From positions 15,238 to 79,237 of the forward strand of contig JANXZK010000002.1 of NCBI GenBank assembly GCA_025355565.1: a DNA stretch of 64,000 nucleotides, given 5' to 3'. Positions 48,898 to 59,318 of the stretch are shown one piece after another (within the stretch, counting starts at the first letter, position 1; the number at the start of each line of letters is the position of its first letter). The position numbers were made by a program, and so were the translations under genes. This stretch comes from a bacterium. GTDB taxonomy: Bacteria > Patescibacteriota > Minisyncoccia > Phycocordibacterales > PALSA-1337. Under the pieces are notes generated by a model. It was not told where the DNA came from and made no database searches. It saw only the letters and a list, made by a program, of their open reading frames with translations.

Positions 48898-49515
48898 TCA
48901 TAATGTCACATTTCCAGCGACTAGCCCGATGATCGCTATGCCGACCGCATTGCAGAGCAGAGAAATAAAAAAGAAATTGCGGCTCTTTGTCTTGGATAGA
49001 CCCAACATCGCTATACCGATTTCATCCGGAAAAGGCGAGGCGATAACGAGCGCTCCGATAAATGGTACGAACCAACGGAATATCCTCTTGTGAAAGACGG
49101 AAAATAGTCGCTCTTCATGAGTGGCGTGTACGACATACTCCACATCATCAGCGACTCTATCTCGCATGAAGCGAAAGATGAAATAGTCCCCTATCGCTGC
49201 GCCGACTGCCCCGATCATGATCACCGCGAAGAGACTGTTTTGCTGCGCAAATCCACCGAGAAGTACGATCGCCGGTGCTGTCGTGAATATCGAAGTAAAG
49301 AACATTCCAGAAACAAATATACCGAGCACCGCATAGCCATCGAGCATGCCGACCACACCATTCACGATACCTATCCTGACGGCGAGGTAGGCTATGATCA
49401 CGCTCATCAATACGTAAACCAAATCCTCAAAAAGTTGCTCTCGATGAGTGTTTGCCCTCTTACCTTTTGATCTATTCATAAGATGAATTGTACTATGCTT
49501 TTCTCTTCTGGTCAC
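48898..49515 (-). CDS. Membrane protein, VTT/SNARE-associated-like
   Basis: Multiple TMs, GA.GA.IGD..IF.F, SPFPDEIG; start uncertain. Confidence 0.55.
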   Translation of the reverse strand: MTRREKHSTIHLMNRSKGKRANTHREQLFEDLVYVLMSVIIAYLAVRIGIVNGVVGMLDGYAVLGIFVSGMFFTSIFTTAPAIVLLGGFAQQNSLFAVIMIGAVGAAIGDYFIFRFMRDRVADDVEYVVHATHEERLFSVFHKRIFRWFVPFIGALVIASPFPDEIGIAMLGLSKTKSRNFFFISLLCNAVGIAIIGLVAGNVTL

Positions 49516-49575
49516 TCGTCGGGTTAGGATCGATGATGGTCATAGGCTCTATAGACTTGCCATTCCTCATGTAGA

Positions 49576-50634
49576 CTATAAAATCTTTCGATATCTCGCT
49601 CCCCTGCCTTGGCCGATCAGCTCAAGCAAGCGCAACTCGACAAGGCGCGCTAGATTTTTCTTTATACCTTCCCGGCCCAAGTCTTTCACTTTTTCATCGA
49701 GATCAGAGATGCTCAAGGACTCATCAGCCTTAAAGAGACCAAGGATTTTCTCCTGACTTTCTGCGAGCAGCTTCTCCGGTTGTTCACCCTCCATAAGCTT
49801 CCTAGCTTTATTCGCGTGAGTGATCAGTGAATCGAGTAGATAGTTAACCCAATGAGAAACATCCTCATGGTCAGTCTTGTGATCATTCTGCGTCTTGTGC
49901 AAAGCCATATAGTATTCAGCTTTCGTATCCTCGATGATTTCATCCAATGAGACATAAGGAGTATAGGCGTAATCGGACCGAAGCATGAGAAGATTTGTGA
50001 GTGCACGCGAAAGACGCCCATTTCCATCACTGAATGGATGTATGGCCAGAAATTCGAAAATAAAGTTAGCCACGACGAGAATTGGATGAAGTTCCTTCTT
50101 TTCGAACTCCTTCGAAGCCCAGCCAATAGCGGCTTCCATCTCAGATTTCACTAGATACGGCGGAGTGGCACGGAAGACGATTACTCGCTCTCCTTTTTCA
50201 TTGACTGCCTCGACCGCATTCTCACCAGCTTTATATTTTCCTTTGTGTGACTGATCCTTGGCGGAATAGTTCAGCAAGATACTGTGAAAATGCAGGACGT
50301 TATTTTCCGTCAATTTGAGATCTTTGTAGTTATCAAAGATTCTGCCGATAAGGTCAGCGTACCCAGCTACTTCCTGCTCATCTCTATTCCTGGGAGGATT
50401 GGATTTTAGACCACGCAAAAACCTGGCAATCTCCTCGTCAGTCATCTGAGCACCTTCAATACGCGTCGAGGCACCCGTCGAAGTGATAATGACAGTTGAG
50501 CGCAATCTTTTTAGAATTTGCGGATTCAGATTGATGCTACCCTTCCAAAGACCTTTGAATTCATCGAGTTTGGCTATCTTTGAGAGTATCTCCGGTGTGA
50601 TCCTAATCCTCTTATTAAAGCGATTTTCTTCCAT
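49576..50634 (-). CDS. Fic-family protein with C-terminal wHTH
   Basis: HPFSDGNGRLSR catalytic motif, STRIEG inhibitory motif. Confidence 0.92.
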   Translation of the reverse strand: MEENRFNKRIRITPEILSKIAKLDEFKGLWKGSINLNPQILKRLRSTVIITSTGASTRIEGAQMTDEEIARFLRGLKSNPPRNRDEQEVAGYADLIGRIFDNYKDLKLTENNVLHFHSILLNYSAKDQSHKGKYKAGENAVEAVNEKGERVIVFRATPPYLVKSEMEAAIGWASKEFEKKELHPILVVANFIFEFLAIHPFSDGNGRLSRALTNLLMLRSDYAYTPYVSLDEIIEDTKAEYYMALHKTQNDHKTDHEDVSHWVNYLLDSLITHANKARKLMEGEQPEKLLAESQEKILGLFKADESLSISDLDEKVKDLGREGIKKNLARLVELRLLELIGQGRGARYRKIL

Positions 50635-50656
50635 AAATATTGGTTAATTATTAACT

Positions 50657-50685
50657 TTACCCAATATTACCCAATATTACCCAAT
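50657..50685. repeat. Three tandem 10-bp repeats upstream of fic
   Basis: TTACCCAATA x2 plus TTACCCAAT. Confidence 0.75.
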
Positions 50686-50793
50686 TGTGCAAGCACGCAT
50701 CTACAAAGTTCGATTCCCCTTGCTACCCTAGCAAGGTTACGCCCATATAAAGCCACGAAAACTCGATATCATTCAAAATACTTCCCGAATCCC

Positions 50794-52821
50794 CTACCCC
50801 AACTCAAAATCCAACATCCTGCTATCTATATCAGCGCTCTTTACTCTAAAGACGACTCTGTCGCCGAGAGTAAATTTCTTGTCAGACTTACCGCCAACGA
50901 TAGAATAAGTCTTCTCATCAAAAGTGAAATAATCCTCTCCCAGACCAGATATATGGATCATGCCCTCAGACATCGACTCATCTTCGGCAACATATATCCC
51001 CCATTTCGCCACACCAGTTATCGTGCCATTGAAAGTCTGTCCTACGCGCGTACTCATGTACTCGACCTGCTTCAATTTCTTTGACGCTCGCTCAGCCTCG
51101 GCAGCGGATATCTCTCTCGAAGTTGAACTCTCGGCGATATTTTGGAAAGTCACGATATCACGGTCTCCGAAAGCTTCGTTATTCAAATGCTTGGAGAGGA
51201 CTCGATGCACCAGGAGGTCAGGATAGCGTCGGATAGGTGAAGTAAAATGTGTATAGAAATCGAACGCCAGCCCAAAATGGCCGATGTTCTTCGTAGAATA
51301 CACAGCCTTCTGCATCGACCTCACCGTTGCCGTCCTGATGAGTGACTCGTGTGGAGTGTCCTCGATCTGATCCAAGAGATCATTCAGGCTCTTCCCCGTG
51401 ACCACACCATCTTCTGATTTCAATGTATAACCCAGAGCCTTGACAAAAGTGACGAGGTTCATGATCTTGTCCTTGTCGGGAACATCGTGGATGCGGTATA
51501 TGGCTCCGGTATCACGCTTGCCCTTCTTCTTTATGGAGTCAAAAATATATTTCGCCACTTCACGGTTAGCGAGCAACATGAACTCCTCTACCAGCTTGTG
51601 AGTCTCGAGATGCGGAGTTTTGTAAACACCGATGGGTATACCGGCGCCATCAAGACGGAATTTGATCTCATCCTGTTCGAACTCGATGGCTCCGCCGGAA
51701 TATTTGTTCTTCTTTAGGATCTTCGCCAGCCGATTGAGCTCGACCAAAGCATCACAATATTGCATTCCAGCCTCGGCCGAAGCAACTGTCTGGATGCCAT
51801 CCGAATACTTTTGGACTAGCGAGGCATCCCCTTCTATCGCTGCCTGTGCAGTCTCATAAGTAAATCGGTGAGTTGAATTCATCACAGTCCTTCCAAACCA
51901 TCGTGACTGGACATGCGCGTTACTGTCCATGACAAAGATAGCTGAAAAAGAAAGCTTGTCCTCATGAGGATTCAAGCTACAGACATCATTCGAGAGGACT
52001 TCTGGGAGCATCGGTATCGTCCTATCTACCAGATACACGGAACAGCCGCGCTTCAATGCTTCTCTGTTTAGAGCCGTACCTTCTCGAACATAGTGAGAAA
52101 CGTCAGCTATATGAACACCTATCTCAAACAATCCACCAGAAATCTTCCTTATAGAGATCGCATCATCGAAGTCCTTGGCATCAAACGGGTCTATCGTGAA
52201 TGTCGGTGTACCTCGGAGATCTTGACGCCTGGCGATCTCTCCAGCCGAGATAGCTTTGTTCTGACCGATCTCTCTGGCTTCGCTCTCAACATCATTCGGA
52301 AATCCCACTTCAAATCCTCTTTCCAGAGCGATGGATTCCATCTCAACGTTATTATTACCCTTATCTCCCAGGATCCTTACGATTTCGCCTGTTGGCAATC
52401 TTTTCGGATCTGCCCAAGCAGACAATTTCACAAATACTTTTTGATCGTTTTTCAATCCTTTGATATCCTGCGAATATTGCGCCAGAATAGAGATGTTCAC
52501 GTACATTTTTCTATCATCAGGAATGACAACACACTGGCCGTTCTTCTCAATCTGAACAGTGCCAACGAACGATTCCTTAGCTCTCTCGATAACTCGGATG
52601 ACCGCGCCATTTCTTTCTAACTTGCCTCTCACACGGCTTTCAGTGACCAAAACCTCTACCTTGTCATCATTCAGGGCTGTATTCAGCAGTCCAGGCTCTA
52701 TATACACAGATTCCTTCTTTGGATCTACATCGTCAACATAGCCCGCGCCTTTCATAGTCGTAGAAATATGGCCAATTATGGTGGTTTTTACCGCAGTCTT
52801 CTTTGATCTGTGTTTCTTCAC
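50794..52821 (-). CDS. rnr: Ribonuclease R
   Basis: TIDP.DAKDFDDA, VHIADVSHYV, EEFMLLAN, HFGL....YTHFTSPIRRYPDL, S1 domain; likely GTG start 52821. Confidence 0.95.
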   Translation of the reverse strand: MKKHRSKKTAVKTTIIGHISTTMKGAGYVDDVDPKKESVYIEPGLLNTALNDDKVEVLVTESRVRGKLERNGAVIRVIERAKESFVGTVQIEKNGQCVVIPDDRKMYVNISILAQYSQDIKGLKNDQKVFVKLSAWADPKRLPTGEIVRILGDKGNNNVEMESIALERGFEVGFPNDVESEAREIGQNKAISAGEIARRQDLRGTPTFTIDPFDAKDFDDAISIRKISGGLFEIGVHIADVSHYVREGTALNREALKRGCSVYLVDRTIPMLPEVLSNDVCSLNPHEDKLSFSAIFVMDSNAHVQSRWFGRTVMNSTHRFTYETAQAAIEGDASLVQKYSDGIQTVASAEAGMQYCDALVELNRLAKILKKNKYSGGAIEFEQDEIKFRLDGAGIPIGVYKTPHLETHKLVEEFMLLANREVAKYIFDSIKKKGKRDTGAIYRIHDVPDKDKIMNLVTFVKALGYTLKSEDGVVTGKSLNDLLDQIEDTPHESLIRTATVRSMQKAVYSTKNIGHFGLAFDFYTHFTSPIRRYPDLLVHRVLSKHLNNEAFGDRDIVTFQNIAESSTSREISAAEAERASKKLKQVEYMSTRVGQTFNGTITGVAKWGIYVAEDESMSEGMIHISGLGEDYFTFDEKTYSIVGGKSDKKFTLGDRVVFRVKSADIDSRMLDFELG

Positions 52822-52887
52822 ATGTTCAATATAGCACAAGACATGAACAACTCAATTTTTGTTATTTTCTATACGTAGCCCCTACTA

Positions 52888-53946
52888 TCAGTTACCAATG
52901 AGATAATTATTGGCTGCGAATCTGTATTGATCGATAAATATCTGTTTGAATGGTGCCATTGAATTCAATTCATAAAAGACGAGGACTGCTTCGCGATAAT
53001 CATCTTCATTTACGCTTCTATATGACAAAGGAGCACGATCGTAGGCCAGTAATACCGCGTTTGCCATCAAACGTGATGTCCGCTTGTTGCCATCCTCGAA
53101 AGGTTGTATATAACTCAATCCGAGAGTGGTAAGCAAGGATTTTTCATAGCTCGATTCGAGTCTGGATACTGCCTTTGAAAGCTTGCCCATCGCTTCGCGG
53201 ATCTGGTACACATTGTCAAGTGGTCGATATATCGATCCCGTTACGCCCACAGGACTAGAGCGGAGTCCGAAATTCACATCCATATCTTTAACTAGAATTT
53301 TATGGATTTCTTCAACTTTCGGCAGAGTCAACTCTCTGAAATCATTGGAATTTGATCTAATGAATTTGAAAGCGTCCTTGTGATTCAAGATCATTTGCGC
53401 TTCCTTTCTGTCATGTCCTGACGCTTCTTTGCCCTCGAGGATGAGCTTCTCTGTGTCGAGTAATGTATATGTGTTACCCTCGATCTTTGAGGATTTCCAT
53501 GATAGTTCAATGATGAATCGCTCGAGTTCTTTTTCTTTTAGTGCACCGGAGATGCCCTCCACACGCTTTCTATATTGTAAAGTGAGATGTTCCATTTCAG
53601 CTAATTCTTTGACAGAGAGCAAGGGAACATGAATAGAGTCGAATAGTTCGAAATTGTAATCCTTGAGGCCGTATCGCGTATCAGGTTCGGTCTGATTATA
53701 TACATGAGCATCAATTGAGATATTTATTCTTCCGAATGTAGTGATGTTGTATTTTACAGATCGGCCCGCACCACTAGAAACGATTAGACCGGAATTCTTC
53801 ATGAGTGACAACTCTCGTTTTACGGTGATCAATGAAACGTCGCCCCCGCTTGAGCGCAGTTTTTCATGTACTTCTGAGGACGACATCTTCCCTCTTTCGA
53901 GAAAAATCTTCAAAATTAATAAGTGTGGTTGAGGGATATTTTCCAT
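52888..53946 (-). CDS. Fic-family protein with N-terminal wHTH and degenerate motif
   Basis: SSKIEGN; QPFEDGNKRTSR. Confidence 0.88.
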   Translation of the reverse strand: MENIPQPHLLILKIFLERGKMSSSEVHEKLRSSGGDVSLITVKRELSLMKNSGLIVSSGAGRSVKYNITTFGRINISIDAHVYNQTEPDTRYGLKDYNFELFDSIHVPLLSVKELAEMEHLTLQYRKRVEGISGALKEKELERFIIELSWKSSKIEGNTYTLLDTEKLILEGKEASGHDRKEAQMILNHKDAFKFIRSNSNDFRELTLPKVEEIHKILVKDMDVNFGLRSSPVGVTGSIYRPLDNVYQIREAMGKLSKAVSRLESSYEKSLLTTLGLSYIQPFEDGNKRTSRLMANAVLLAYDRAPLSYRSVNEDDYREAVLVFYELNSMAPFKQIFIDQYRFAANNYLIGN

Positions 53947-53993
53947 AATCGTATCATTTTATGTTAATAATCATATCATTTTGATACGATTAT
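53945..53993. promoter_or_regulatory. Direct plus inverted repeat over the fic start (candidate operator)
   Basis: ATAATCGTATCATTTT at 53945, ATAATCATATCATTTT at 53967, inverted TGATACGATTAT at 53982. Confidence 0.6.
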
Positions 53994-54060
53994 TACCACT
54001 TAAATGTAATCCAAAAAAACAAGCCGCTCATCGCAGTCTACCGATCTATTTACGGATCTA

Positions 54061-54516
54061 CTATTTCTTTGTCTCCTTTTCTGTCGTTTCCTTGATAGCC
54101 TCGGCGACAGGAGTTGCGACGGGAGTCCCTCCTGTAACAACCTCCTCTTTAGCATCCTTTTGGGCCATGATACGACGCATCTGATGACGAATCTCTTTGG
54201 CGGCCTTACGGCGAATGAAGTAGAGCTTGGCGCGACGGACTTTGGATCGACGGACTGTTTCGATCTCATCGATCATAGGTGAGAATAGTGGAAAGATACG
54301 CTCAACACCGACACCATCGATAACTTTGCGCACTGTGAATGTGGCTCCGGCTTCACTACCATGTTTGGTCGCCAAAACTAGACCCTCGAAAGCCTGGAGG
54401 CGAAATTTTCCCTTATCTTCCTCGATCTTCTGCCACACGCGGACCAAGTCACCAGAACGGATGTCTAGTTTCTTGCGGTCTTCGATGTTTACGGGGGTGA
54501 TTACCTTGGTAGCCAT
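54061..54516 (-). CDS. rplS: 50S ribosomal protein L19
   Basis: GD.VRV..KI.E....RLQAFEG.V, TFTVRK...[16 protein letters not shown]. Confidence 0.96.
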   Translation of the reverse strand: MATKVITPVNIEDRKKLDIRSGDLVRVWQKIEEDKGKFRLQAFEGLVLATKHGSEAGATFTVRKVIDGVGVERIFPLFSPMIDEIETVRRSKVRRAKLYFIRRKAAKEIRHQMRRIMAQKDAKEEVVTGGTPVATPVAEAIKETTEKETKK

Positions 54517-54532
54517 AGTGGTGTGTACATTA

Positions 54533-55351
54533 TCACAATGATAGCTTTAAATCAAATTTTTTGATCGCTTTCTTAAAATCAGTAGGCAATGGTGCCAAGA
54601 CTGTGACTTTCTTGCCTTTAAGATCGACGAATTCGATCGAGTGCGAATGTAGTGCCAATCTCTCGAACCCGAGCGCCATAGGCATCTTTGGAGCGTATAG
54701 GCTGTCCCCTACGACTGGATGATTTACGGCACTAAAATGCACACGGATCTGGTGCGTTCTGCCTGTCTTCGGTTGCACTTCAACGAGTGAGAAATTCTCT
54801 GTAACTCCCTCTTCGTCTGAATTCTTGTCCAATCTGCGAACCGTCTGATCCCTCAACTTTCCATTTTGAATCTTGCATTTTACATTTGCGATCCTCGTCC
54901 AATAAGTCTGCGCCTCCCTAATATCCCCTCTCGCCGTTGGATATGCCGACCATTTGCGGAAATCGCTCGAGCTCCTGCCGATCGGTCTATCGATCGTACC
55001 GAACTCTTCTTTCATCTCACCCCAAACGAATGCCAAGTATTTTTTCGCCACGAGGCGGTCTTTGAACTGCTGTTTCAAGCTCGCGTGACCAGCCTTGGTC
55101 TTTGCGACCACGATCGCTCCTGAAGTTTCCCTATCGAGGCGGTGGACGATGCCTGCGCGATTGAGTGGATTGCCTTCACCATCATTCATCGGGTCGCCGA
55201 CGTTCTTTGTCTTTGGATAATTTTCGAGCACCCAATCTGCCAAAAATGGTCCTTTATTCTTGCCGTCCGAATGGACCATGAGCCCTGCCGGTTTGTTTAT
55301 AACCAGACAATTGGCATCCTCATAGAGAATGGTGATCTTTTTGTTGCTCAT
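54533..55351 (-). CDS. RluA/RluD-family pseudouridine synthase
   Basis: [34 protein letters not shown]. Confidence 0.93.
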   Translation of the reverse strand: MSNKKITILYEDANCLVINKPAGLMVHSDGKNKGPFLADWVLENYPKTKNVGDPMNDGEGNPLNRAGIVHRLDRETSGAIVVAKTKAGHASLKQQFKDRLVAKKYLAFVWGEMKEEFGTIDRPIGRSSSDFRKWSAYPTARGDIREAQTYWTRIANVKCKIQNGKLRDQTVRRLDKNSDEEGVTENFSLVEVQPKTGRTHQIRVHFSAVNHPVVGDSLYAPKMPMALGFERLALHSHSIEFVDLKGKKVTVLAPLPTDFKKAIKKFDLKLSL

Positions 55352-55399
55352 ATGTTGAATATACGCTAATCTAGATAGGAACGCAAAATGATCGAGTAT

Positions 55400-55472
55400 G
55401 CGCCCTTAGCTCAGTTGGTAGAGCGACCCCTTTACACGGGGAAGGTCAGGAGTTCGAATCTCTTAGGGCGCA
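55400..55472 (+). tRNA. tRNA-Val(TAC)
   Basis: GCGCCCT acceptor, GCTC/GAGC D arm, TTTACAC anticodon loop, TTCGAAT T loop, AGGGCGC-A; no encoded CCA. Confidence 0.93.
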
Positions 55473-55622
55473 CCGAACGAAGTGAGTGAGGTGTGCCCTA
55501 GCGAGCCAACTGCTTGGCTCGCGCAAGAGATTCGAAAAGGTCGAATCTATTTCTGAGGACGTAGTCCGAAGAAATAAGAGACCTGTACAGGTCATGTAAG
55601 GACCGAATCTCTTAGGGCGCAC
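55473..55622. repeat. Structured element ending in a 19-bp duplication of the tRNA-Val 3' end
   Basis: CGAATCTCTTAGGGCGCAC at 55455 and 55604; split antisense copy and hairpins in between. Confidence 0.8.
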
Positions 55623-55674
55623 AATAGATGACGTAGCTATTACGGTGGGTTAATAAACATGATAGAATATATTT

Positions 55675-57129
55675 GTGGAACAACAAGAAAATGCCAATAA
55701 AATAACAGAAAATATTGGTATAGGCGAACCAATTTTGGTTTCAAGGAAAAAATCCACGATTTTCATTTATATAATTTTATTTGCAATGCTTCTGGCAGCG
55801 ATTTTCTTCTTTATTTTTTCTGGAATGGGAGCATCGAATACAACGATCAAGTCTGATGCTTTTACATCCCTAGATAATTTTGCACAATGTCTGAAAGACA
55901 AAGGTGCTCAATTATTTTGCCATTCCTGGGATTCTAAATGCCAAAAACAAAAAGCTTATTTTGGTACAGCGGCAATCAAAGTGCCTTATTTTGAATGCGG
56001 TATCCCCAATACTATACTTGATGAAACTCAGATCTGTAGGGATAACAATATAGACACTAGCTCTATCGAAAAAATAGCCCCAACATGGATATTTGCCAAT
56101 GGCGATAGAACCACAGGAGTTGTGTCATTAAAGCAGCTCGCTCAAAAAACGGATTGTGAATTACCGCAAGATATATCTCGCCCGATTCTTATAAGTAGCA
56201 TATCTACAGCCAAACATTCAAATGCTTTTGCTTTGTCTGAAAATAATGTTTTATACATAGTCTCCGGCTCACCATATGAAAATGCCCCCACATCATTCCT
56301 TCAGATTTTTAACGTTTCTGATCCTTCAAGACCAAAGCTAGTTGCTTCCGTCAGCACAGGATTGGATCCGACAGCCGTTGCTCTCTCTGGTAATTATGCC
56401 TATGTAGCTAGTGATAGGTTGATTCAGATATTTGATGTCTCAATAATAACCAAAACCCATCTCGTTAGCTCAGTTAAAACTAAACAGCAGAGCCATGGGA
56501 TGACCGACACTCTTATTGTTGACGGCAATCATGTCTATGAAATCGGTGACTCCGATACTCTAGAAATTTTTGATGCATCGAATCCTTCAAGATTGGTGCC
56601 AATTAATTCTATCGACACTGATAATTCTCCAAGTTCAGCAGTAATTTCCGGAGATTATATTTATATCACAAATCATAATTCTAATACCTTACAAACTTTT
56701 AACATATCAAATCCGGCCAGACCTTTACTCAGTAGTACGACCAAAACTGGACGGGAGCCACTTTCTAATTTTGTTTCCGGAAAATATTTATATGTTACGA
56801 ATGCCGCCTCAAAGACTTTGCAGATTTTCGATCTTTCCAATCCGTCAGAACCCATACTAATCAACTCTGTCGCTACCTTATATCGTCCAGTGTCGCTCTA
56901 TGTTTCCGGGAATTATTTGTATACCGCAAATTATAGTGTCAATGCGATACAGATTTTTGATATTACCGATCCTGTAAAGCCTGTATCCGTAAACGCCATC
57001 GATACTATGGATAATTACCCGATGCAGATTCTTATATCAGGTGGTTATGCTTATCTACTTGGTCATGCGACAGATATCCTACAGGTTTTTGATGTTTCAA
57101 ATACAAATCATGAATTAATAAAAATATGA
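55675..57129 (+). CDS. Membrane-anchored thioredoxin-like domain fused to LVIVD repeats
   Basis: FAQCL..KGA...W...C.KQK..FG...PTW domain; about seven LQIFD.S.P..P / SGNYAYV repeats. Confidence 0.75.
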   Translation: MEQQENANKITENIGIGEPILVSRKKSTIFIYIILFAMLLAAIFFFIFSGMGASNTTIKSDAFTSLDNFAQCLKDKGAQLFCHSWDSKCQKQKAYFGTAAIKVPYFECGIPNTILDETQICRDNNIDTSSIEKIAPTWIFANGDRTTGVVSLKQLAQKTDCELPQDISRPILISSISTAKHSNAFALSENNVLYIVSGSPYENAPTSFLQIFNVSDPSRPKLVASVSTGLDPTAVALSGNYAYVASDRLIQIFDVSIITKTHLVSSVKTKQQSHGMTDTLIVDGNHVYEIGDSDTLEIFDASNPSRLVPINSIDTDNSPSSAVISGDYIYITNHNSNTLQTFNISNPARPLLSSTTKTGREPLSNFVSGKYLYVTNAASKTLQIFDLSNPSEPILINSVATLYRPVSLYVSGNYLYTANYSVNAIQIFDITDPVKPVSVNAIDTMDNYPMQILISGGYAYLLGHATDILQVFDVSNTNHELIKI

Positions 57130-59063
57130 AAAACAATCATATAAAAATATATGGTATCTTTTTAATTTGTTTCAGTATAATAAATCCTGCAATTAATTTG
57201 TACGTAGCGCGGTACTACATGCCACTGGCTGCTATATTTAGTATTCCATCATTGTCTATTATCCTCACGATTTTCATAATTCCGGGAATATATTTTTATA
57301 GAATAGGCTCGTCCCCGAGACTCATAAATAAAATGCTCATAGTTTCCGCAATAATGGGCGGTATTGTTACTGTCTTTGTAACATTAAATATGCTCGTTAG
57401 CCTCGTATCTGTTTTTGGATCTGGTCATATATCTATATTTGGTTTATTTTTCTCTTTCCTACCCAAAAATAACGGCTTGTATGTAATGATTATATATTGT
57501 GTATCGATCATAACCCTTATCGCCGGTGTGATCATGAGGTATTTCGAAAAAAATGATATAACGACACCCGAACCAATAGTGCCTAATTACAAACCACATG
57601 CGCGATCCGTAATCACATTACTTGGTCTGGTCGTTATCTTAGGTGTATTTATTTTTATCTCTGATTTATCTGGGCAGAAGAAAGATAATTATATACTTGA
57701 TCAAACAGAAAGTAATACACCGCTCCATGTCCCAATTAACACAAAAGATAACACCTCGACCAGAATTTCTACAGACAATAGTTACACCACTGTCGAGCAA
57801 GGTGCATGTCAACCATTATCCTCTGGAGATGAGGAGAAATTTGATAATTTCTTAAGAAGCGAAGATATGGCGCGGTACGATTTTAATTTACCAGGTGTCG
57901 GTATAATAAATCTTGCCTCCAATGCGTGGCGCAAGGAGTTACTGGATAAAGGCGGAGATCCTTCCTCATATAGATTCAGTCAGTCGACACCGCATATAAA
58001 ATTTATGGATCTCAATGGTGATTGTCAGTATGATGCGGTTGTCACAATAGTATATTCTGAACCAGTATATCAATCAGAAGATGATCAGTTTCCTAAATGG
58101 GTCAGCAGACCTCTGCTATATGTTTTTCTCAATAATGGAGGAATATTTACTCCGCTTGATCACGTTAAGTATGAGAATGGTATGGTAATTGATTCTGTTT
58201 CAGGATCAGGTAGCACACTTGCAATTAACATGGAATTTCCAATCGAAAAAGGTGGCAACCTAAGAACACGAAAACTTTCATATGAAGTTTCATCAGGTAA
58301 ACTTACCTCGACTTATGATAGTTTCGACGATATAACGACTTGGTCTTCTGCGTGGGAATCTGGCGTTGATCGGATTTCAGGTGTCACATTTAAGTCTCCA
58401 CCAGGATGGGGAGCAGTAAGTGTTAGTTCAGAAAAACCACCGACAAACAAGGAAGAAGAACTCGCAGAAATAAAAAGCGGGCATATTCCTCTCTTGTCTG
58501 GCATTTCTCACACAATAAGTTTCGCTCTTGATCCGAGCACTGTCACGGTGTATTCACGAGACTACAGAGAGAAACCTCTTAGTGAGTTGCCTGCAGACCT
58601 AGTGCAACAATATCTGACTAAAAAATCAATAGTCAAAAATCAAGACGATTATTTACGCCAGCCGACTTCATTCCAGTGTCTTTCTGATGATCTTGATACA
58701 AAATCCGCCCTACTTCGCTGTGATATTTCTTATCAAAAAGATAAAAATGTCATTGTTAGGGCGGGAGTCATAGGCACAGATGTGCGTTATCCACCGAATA
58801 TCATTACAACAGCGAATATTGCACCAATTTCTACAAATACTTCTTACGGATTCATTACTGCAAAGAGCACATTACCCGTAGAAGAAGTCCTTGCAGAATA
58901 TTTACCAAAATCACTTTGGGAGGACGCCGCTTCGTTGGAAGGTGCTGGTCTTGTAGAACAAGAGTGGTCTGCATACTACAATATGACAAAGAATCAAAAA
59001 AGTGTACTAGGAAAATCCTTTAACAGGTTTAATGAGTTTATCTCTAGTATCGAGGAATACTAA
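57126..59063 (+). CDS. Hypothetical membrane protein with large extracellular domain
   Basis: About five N-terminal TMs; DLNGD..YD.VV FG-GAP-like motif; ATGA overlap. Confidence 0.6.
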   Translation: MKNNHIKIYGIFLICFSIINPAINLYVARYYMPLAAIFSIPSLSIILTIFIIPGIYFYRIGSSPRLINKMLIVSAIMGGIVTVFVTLNMLVSLVSVFGSGHISIFGLFFSFLPKNNGLYVMIIYCVSIITLIAGVIMRYFEKNDITTPEPIVPNYKPHARSVITLLGLVVILGVFIFISDLSGQKKDNYILDQTESNTPLHVPINTKDNTSTRISTDNSYTTVEQGACQPLSSGDEEKFDNFLRSEDMARYDFNLPGVGIINLASNAWRKELLDKGGDPSSYRFSQSTPHIKFMDLNGDCQYDAVVTIVYSEPVYQSEDDQFPKWVSRPLLYVFLNNGGIFTPLDHVKYENGMVIDSVSGSGSTLAINMEFPIEKGGNLRTRKLSYEVSSGKLTSTYDSFDDITTWSSAWESGVDRISGVTFKSPPGWGAVSVSSEKPPTNKEEELAEIKSGHIPLLSGISHTISFALDPSTVTVYSRDYREKPLSELPADLVQQYLTKKSIVKNQDDYLRQPTSFQCLSDDLDTKSALLRCDISYQKDKNVIVRAGVIGTDVRYPPNIITTANIAPISTNTSYGFITAKSTLPVEEVLAEYLPKSLWEDAASLEGAGLVEQEWSAYYNMTKNQKSVLGKSFNRFNEFISSIEEY

Positions 59064-59206
59064 TTTTATTTCTATTCATTAATGATGACTAATCACAAGA
59101 TGTCCCAACGCAAGTCTCGTCTAATTCCGTTCGAATAACGTTCCACAGCACACAATCTAGAGCCAAACATAGCGAGGACGCCTTGATCGACTGTGGCCTT
59201 GAAACC

Positions 59207-59232
59207 AAAAGACCTCATCTCTGAGGTCTTTT
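59207..59232. terminator. Bidirectional intrinsic terminator
   Basis: AAAAGACCTCA-tctc-TGAGGTCTTTT between convergent genes. Confidence 0.75.
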
Positions 59233-59318
59233 GAGAATCGTATATCGATATCACCCTGACACCAATTTACCATTTTCTAATATCTGTTTACTGATTACCA
59301 TTTACCAACTGCCTCTCC

